From Eledone cirrhosa (Eukaryota): DNA of 64,000 nt. The notes under the pieces are model-generated. The model was not told the DNA's origin. It worked only from the letters and a program-made list of their open reading frames with translations, and searched no databases. Location of the stretch: assembly GCA_964016885.1 (NCBI GenBank), contig OZ024743.1, forward strand, positions 49,538,001-49,602,000. The letters run 5' to 3'. Below are positions 56,908-64,000 of this stretch, piece by piece. Numbering within the stretch: position 1 is the first letter of the stretch; each line of letters begins with the position of its first letter. Both the position numbers and the translations under genes were made by a program.

Positions 56908-59900
56908 TTGTTGTTATATTAGGGGCTCCAGTTTTATCATGTTGTTATATTAGGGGCTCCAGTTCTATCATGTTGTTATATTAGAGGCTCCAGTTCTATC
57001 ATGTTGTTATATTAGGGGCTCCAGTTCTATCATGTTGTTATATTAGGGGCTCCAGTTCTATCATGTTGTTATATTAGGGGCTCCAGTTCTATCATGTTGT
57101 TATATTAGAGGCTCCAGTTCTATCATGTTATATTAGGGGCTCCAGTTCTATCATGTTGTTATATTAGGGGCTCCAGTTCTATCATGTTGTTATATTAGGG
57201 GCTCCAGTTCTATCATGTTATATTAGAGGCTCCAGTTCTATCATGTTATATTAGAGGCTCCAGTTCTATCATGTTATATTAGGGGCTCCAGTTCTATCAT
57301 GTTGTTATATTAGAGGCTCCAGTTCTATCATGTTGTTATATTAGGGGCTCCAGTTCTATCATGTTGTTATATTAGGGGCTCCAGTTCTATCATGTTGTTA
57401 TATTAGAGGCTCCAGTTCTATCATGTTGTTATATTAGGGGCTCCAGTTCTATCATGTTGTTATATTAGAGCTCCAGTTCTATCATGTTGTTATATTAGGG
57501 GCTCCAGTTCCATCATGTTGTTATATTAGGGGCTCCAGTTCTATCATGTTGTTATATTAGAGGTTCCAGTTCTATCATGTTGTTATATTAGGGGCTCCAG
57601 TTCTATCATGTTGTTATATTAGGGGCTCCAGTTCCATCATGTTGTTATATTAGGGGCTCCAGTTCTATCATGTTGTTATATTAGAGGCTCCAGTTCTATC
57701 ATGTTATATTAGGGACTCCAGTTCTATCATGTTGTTATATTAGGGGCTCCAGTTCTATCATGTTATATTAGGGGCTCCAGTTCTATCATGTTGTTATATT
57801 AGGGGCTCCAGTTCCATCATGTTGTCATATTAGAGGCTCCAGTTCTATCATGTTATATTAGGGGCTCCAGTTCTATCATGTTGTTATATTAGGGGCTCCA
57901 GTTCCATCATGTTGTTATATTAGAGGCTCCAGTTCTATCATGTTATATTAGGGACTCCAGTTCTATCATGTTGTTATATTAGGGGCTCCAGTTCTATCAT
58001 GTTGTTATATTAGGGGCTCCAGTTCTATCATGTTGTTATATTAGGGGCTCCAGTTCTATCATGTTGTTATATTAGGGGCTCCAGTTCCATCATGTTGTTA
58101 TATTAGGGGCTCCAGTTCCATCATGTTGTTATATTAGAGGCTCCAGTTCTATCATGTTGTTATATTAGAGGCTCCAGTTCTATCATGTTATATTAGGGAC
58201 TCCAGTTCTATCATGTTGTTATATTAGGGGCTCCAGTTCTATCATGTTGTTATATTAGAGGCTCCAGTTCTATCATGTTATATTAGGGACTCCAGTTCTA
58301 TCATGTTGTTATATTAGGGACTCCAGTTCTATCATGTTGTTATATTAGGGGCTCCAGTTCTATCATGTTGTTATATTAGAGGCTCTAGTTCTATCATGTT
58401 ATATTAGGGGCTCCAGTTCCATCATGTTATATTAGGGGCTCCAGTTCTATCATGTTGTTATATTAGAGGCTCCAGTTCTATCATGTTATATTAGGGGCTC
58501 CAGTTCTATCATGTTATATTAGAGGCTCCAGTTCTATCGTGTTGTTATATTAGAGGCTCCAGTTCTATCATGTTATATTAGGGGCTCCAGTTCTATCATG
58601 TTGTTATATTAGGGGCTCCAGTTCTATCATGTTATATTAGGGACTCCAGTTCTATCATGTTGTTATATTAGGGGCTCCAGTTCTATCATGTTATATTAGA
58701 GGCTCCAGTTCTATCGTGTTGTTATATTAGAGGCTCCAGTTCTATCATGTTATATTAGGGACTCCAGTTCTATCATGTTGTTATATTAGGGGCTCCAGTT
58801 CTATCATGTTGTTATATTAGGGGCTCCAGTTCTATCATGTTGTTATATTAGGGGCTCCAGTTCCATCATGTTGTTATATTAGGGGCTCCAGTTCTATCAT
58901 GTTGTTATATTAGAGGCTCCAGTTCTATCATGTTGTTATATTAGAGGCTCCAGTTCTATCATGTTATATTAGGGACTCCAGTTCTATCATGTTGTTATAT
59001 TAGGGGCTCCAGTTCTATCATGTTGTTATATTAGAGGCTCTAGTTCTATCATGTTATATTAGGGGCTCCAGTTCCATCATTTTATATTAGGGGCTCCAGT
59101 TCTATCATGTTGTTATATTAGAGGCTCCAGTTCTATCATGTTATATTAGGGACTCCAGTTCTATCATGTTGTTATATTAGGGGCTCCAGTTCTATCATGT
59201 TATATTAGAGGCTCCAGTTCTATCGTGTTGTTATATTAAAGGCTCCAGTTCTATCATGTTATATTAGGGACTCCAGTTCTATCATGTTATATTAGAGGCT
59301 CCAGTTCTATCATGTTGTTATATTAGGGGCTCCAGTTCTATTATGTTATATTAGAGGCTCCAGTTCTATCATGTTATATTAGAGGCTCCAGTTCTATCAT
59401 GTTATATTAGGGGCTCCAGTTCTATCATGTTGTTATATTAGAGGCTCCAGTTCTATCATGTTGTTATATTAGGGGCTCCAGTTCTATCATGTTGTTATAT
59501 TAGGGGCTCCAGTTCTATCATGTTGTTATATTAGAGGCTCCAGTTCTATCATGTTGTTATATTAGGGACTCCAGTTCTATCATGTTGTTATATTAGAGCT
59601 CCAGTTCTATCATGTTGTTATATTAGGGGCTCCAGTTCTATCATGTTGTTATATTAGGGGCTCCAGTTCCATCATGTTGTTATATTAGGGGCTCCAGTTC
59701 TATCATGTTGTTATATTAGAGGTTCCAGTTCTATCATGTTGTTATATTAGGGGCTCCAGTTCTATCATGTTGTTATATTAGAGGCTCCAGTTCTATTATG
59801 TTGTTATATTAGAGGCTCCAGTTCTATCATGTTGTTATATTAGAGGCTCCAGTTCTATCATGTTGTTATATTAGGGGCTCCAGTTCTATCATGTTGTTAT

Positions 59901-62900
59901 ATTAGGGGCTCCAGTTCTATCATGTTGTTATATTAGGGGCTCCAGTTCTATCATGTTGTTATATTAGAGGCTCCAGTTCTATCATGTTGTTATATTAGAG
60001 GTTCCAGTTCTATCATGTTGTTATATTAGGGGCTCCAGTTCTATCATGTTGTTATATTAGGGGCTCCAGTTCTATCATGTTGTTATATTAGAGGCTCCAG
60101 TTCTATCATGTTATATTAGGGACTCCAGTTCTATCATGTTGTTATATTAGGGGCTCCAGTTCTATCATGTTGTTATATTAGGGGCTCCAGTTCTATCATG
60201 TTGTTATATTAGGGGCTCCAGTTCCATCATGTTGTTATATTAGAGGCTCCAGTTCTATCATGTTATATTAGGGACTCCAGTTCTATCATGTTGTTATATT
60301 AGGGGCTCCAGTTCTATCATGTTGTTATATTAGAGGCTCTAGTTCTATCATGTTATATTAGGGGCTCCAGTTCCATCATGTTATATTAGTGGCTCCAGTT
60401 CTATCATGTTGTTATATTAGAGGCTCCAGTTCTATCATGTTATATTAGAGGCTCCAGTTCTATCATGTTATATTAGGGGCTCCAGTTCTATCATGTTATA
60501 TTAGAGGCTCCAGTTCTATCGTGTTGTTATATTAGAGGCTCCAGTTCCATCATGTTGTTATATTAGAGGCTCCAGTTCTATCATGTTATATTAGGGGCTC
60601 CAGTTCTATCATGTTGTTATATTAGGGGCTTCAGTTCTATCATGTTATATTAGGGACTCCAGTTCTATCATGTTGTTATATTAGGGGCTCCAGTTCTATC
60701 ATGTTATATTAGAGGCTCCAGTTCTATCGTGTTGTTATATTAGAGGCTCCAGTTCTATCATGTTATATTAGGGACTCCAGTTCTATCATGTTGTTATATT
60801 AGGGGCTCCAGTTCTATCATGTTGTTATATTAGGGGCTCCAGTTCTATCATGTTGTTATATTAGGGGCTCCAGTTCCATCATGTTGTTATATTAGGGGCT
60901 CCAGTTCTATCATGTTGTTATATTAGAGGCTCCAGTTCTATCATGTTGTTATATTAGAGGCTCCAGTTCTATCATGTTATATTAGGGACTCCAGTTCTAT
61001 CATGTTGTTATATTAGGGGCTCCAGTTCTATCATGTTGTTATATTAGAGGCTCTAGTTCTATCATGTTATATTAGGGGCTCCAGTTCCATCATTTTATAT
61101 TAGGGGCTCCAGTTCTATCATGTTGTTATATTAGAGGCTCCAGTTCTATCATGTTATATTAGGGACTCCAGTTCTATCATGTTGTTATATTAGGGGCTCC
61201 AGTTCTATCATGTTATATTAGAGGCTCCAGTTCTATCGTGTTGTTATATTAAAGGCTCCAGTTCTATCATGTTATATTAGGGACTCCAGTTCTATCATGT
61301 TATATTAGAGGCTCCAGTTCTATCATGTTGTTATATTAGGGGCTCCAGTTCTATCATGTTGTTATATTAGAGGCTCCAGTTCTATCATGTTATATTAGGG
61401 ACTCCAGTTCTATCATGTTATATTAGGGACTCCAGTTCTATCATGTTATATTAGAGGCTCCAGTTCTATCATGTTGTTATATTAGGGGCTCCAGTTCTAT
61501 CATGTTGTTATATTAGAGGCTCCAGTTCTATCATGTTATATTAGAGGCTCCAGTTCTATCATGTTATATTAGGGGCTCCAGTTCTATCATGTTGTTATAT
61601 TAGAGGCTCCAGTTCTATCATGTTGTTATATTAGGGGCTCCAGTTCTATCATGTTGTTATATTAGGGGCTCCAGTTCTATCATGTTGTTATATTAGAGGC
61701 TCCAGTTCTATCATGTTGTTATATTAGGGACTCCAGTTCTATCATGTTGTTATATTAGAGCTCCAGTTCTATCATGTTGTTATATTAGGGGCTCCAGTTC
61801 TATCATGTTGTTATATTAGGGGCTCCAGTTCCATCATGTTGTTATATTAGGGGCTCCAGTTCTATCATGTTGTTATATTAGAGGTTCCAGTTCTATCATG
61901 TTGTTATATTAGGGGCTCCAGTTCTATCATGTTGTTATATTAGAGGCTCCAGTTCTATTATGTTGTTATATTAGAGGCTCCAGTTCTATCATGTTGTTAT
62001 ATTAGAGGCTCCAGTTCTATCATGTTGTTATATTAGGGGCTCCAGTTCTATCATGTTGTTATATTAGGGGCTCCAGTTCTATCATGTTGTTATATTAGGG
62101 GCTCCAGTTCTATCATGTTGTTATATTAGAGGCTCCAGTTCTATCATGTTGTTATATTAGAGGTTCCAGTTCTATCATGTTGTTATATTAGGGGCTCCAG
62201 TTCTATCATGTTGTTATATTAGGGGCTCCAGTTCTATCATGTTGTTATATTAGAGGCTCCAGTTCTATCATGTTATATTAGGGACTCCAGTTCTATCATG
62301 TTGTTATATTAGGGGCTCCAGTTCTATCATGTTGTTATATTAGGGGCTCCAGTTCTATCATGTTGTTATATTAGGGGCTCCAGTTCCATCATGTTGTTAT
62401 ATTAGAGGCTCCAGTTCTATCATGTTATATTAGGGACTCCAGTTCTATCATGTTGTTATATTAGGGGCTCCAGTTCTATCATGTTGTTATATTAGAGGCT
62501 CTAGTTCTATCATGTTATATTAGGGGCTCCAGTTCCATCATGTTATATTAGTGGCTCCAGTTCTATCATGTTGTTATATTAGAGGCTCCAGTTCTATCAT
62601 GTTATATTAGAGGCTCCAGTTCTATCATGTTATATTAGGGGCTCCAGTTCTATCATGTTATATTAGAGGCTCCAGTTCTATCGTGTTGTTATATTAGAGG
62701 CTCCAGTTCCATCATGTTGTTATATTAGAGGCTCCAGTTCTATCATGTTATATTAGGGGCTCCAGTTCTATCATGTTGTTATATTAGGGGCTTCAGTTCT
62801 ATCATGTTATATTAGGGACTCCAGTTCTATCATGTTGTTATATTAGGGGCTCCAGTTCTATCATGTTATATTAGAGGCTCCAGTTCTATCGTGTTGTTAT

Positions 62901-64000
62901 ATTAGAGGCTCCAGTTCTATCATGTTATATTAGGGACTCCAGTTCTATCATGTTGTTATATTAGGGGCTCCAGTTCTATCATGTTGTTATATTAGGGGCT
63001 CCAGTTCTATCATGTTGTTATATTAGGGGCTCCAGTTCCATCATGTTGTTATATTAGGGGCTCCAGTTCTATCATGTTGTTATATTAGAGGCTCCAGTTC
63101 TATCATGTTGTTATATTAGAGGCTCCAGTTCTATCATGTTATATTAGGGACTCCAGTTCTATCATGTTGTTATATTAGGGGCTCCAGTTCTATCATGTTA
63201 TATTAGAGGCTCTAGTTCTATCATGTTATATTAGGGGCTCCAGTTCCATCATTTTATATTAGGGGCTCCAGTTCTATCATGTTGTTATATTAGAGGCTCC
63301 AGTTCTATCATGTTATATTAGGGACTCCAGTTCTATCATGTTGTTATATTAGGGGCTCCAGTTCTATCATGTTATATTAGAGGCTCCAGTTCTATCGTGT
63401 TGTTATATTAAAGGCTCCAGTTCTATCATGTTATATTAGGGACTCCAGTTCTATCATGTTATATTAGAGGCTCCAGTTCTATCATGTTGTTATATTAGGG
63501 GCTCCAGTTCTATCATGTTGTTATATTAGAGGCTCCAGTTCTATCATGTTATATTAGGGACTCCAGTTCTATCATGTTATATTAGGGACTCCAGTTCTAT
63601 CATGTTATATTAGAGGCTCCAGTTCTATCATGTTGTTATATTAGGGGCTCCAGTTCTATCATGTTGTTATATTAGAGGCACCAGTTCTATCATGTTATAT
63701 TGGGGACTCCAGTTCTATCATGTTATATTAGAGGCTCCAGTTCTATCATGTTGTTATATTAGGGGCTCCAGTTCTATCATGTTGTTATATTAGAGGCTCC
63801 AGTTCTATCATGTTATATTAGGGACTCCAGTTCTATCATGTTATATTAGAGGCTCCAGTTCTATCATGTTGTTATATTAGGGGCTCCAGTTCTATCATGT
63901 TGTTATATTAGAGGCTCCAATTCTATCATGTTGTTATATTAGGGACTCCAGTTCTATCATGTTGTTATATTAGAGGCTCCAGTTCTATCATGTTGTTATA
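56908..64000. repeat. Minisatellite, 31/28-bp unit (atgtt(gtt)atattagRggctccagttctatc) with ~2.0-2.2-kb higher-order repeat; runs off the window end
   Basis: Tandem repetition; rare variants recur at 2013-2162-bp spacing. Confidence 0.97.

Overview
AT-rich, repeat-saturated animal genomic DNA. The repeat mix (RTE LINEs with (GAT)n tails, tRNA-head SINEs, huge (TA)n tracts) suggests an octopus or other cephalopod; this is an inference. The only host coding sequence I found is one 92-bp exon (52170-52261, +) of the cAMP-dependent protein kinase type I regulatory subunit, so most of the window is probably intron. It holds several minisatellites, whose long ORFs are artefacts, and about 10 5'-truncated RTE LINE pieces whose reverse transcriptase carries a PHD-like finger. 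It also holds a full-length pogo/Tigger DNA transposon, a Helitron remnant enclosing a CRE-like fragment, SINEs, and three Penelope-like (GIY-YIG) fragments. The most notable signal is a dense set of minimal type I hammerhead ribozyme motifs, about 9 intact or near-intact plus several degenerate or half copies. They belong to several small non-coding elements arranged as tandem or fold-back copies in (TA)n tracts, i.e. candidate Penelope-mobilised retrozymes. One has a compensatory U3-A8 core. All calls are by eye; no searches were run.
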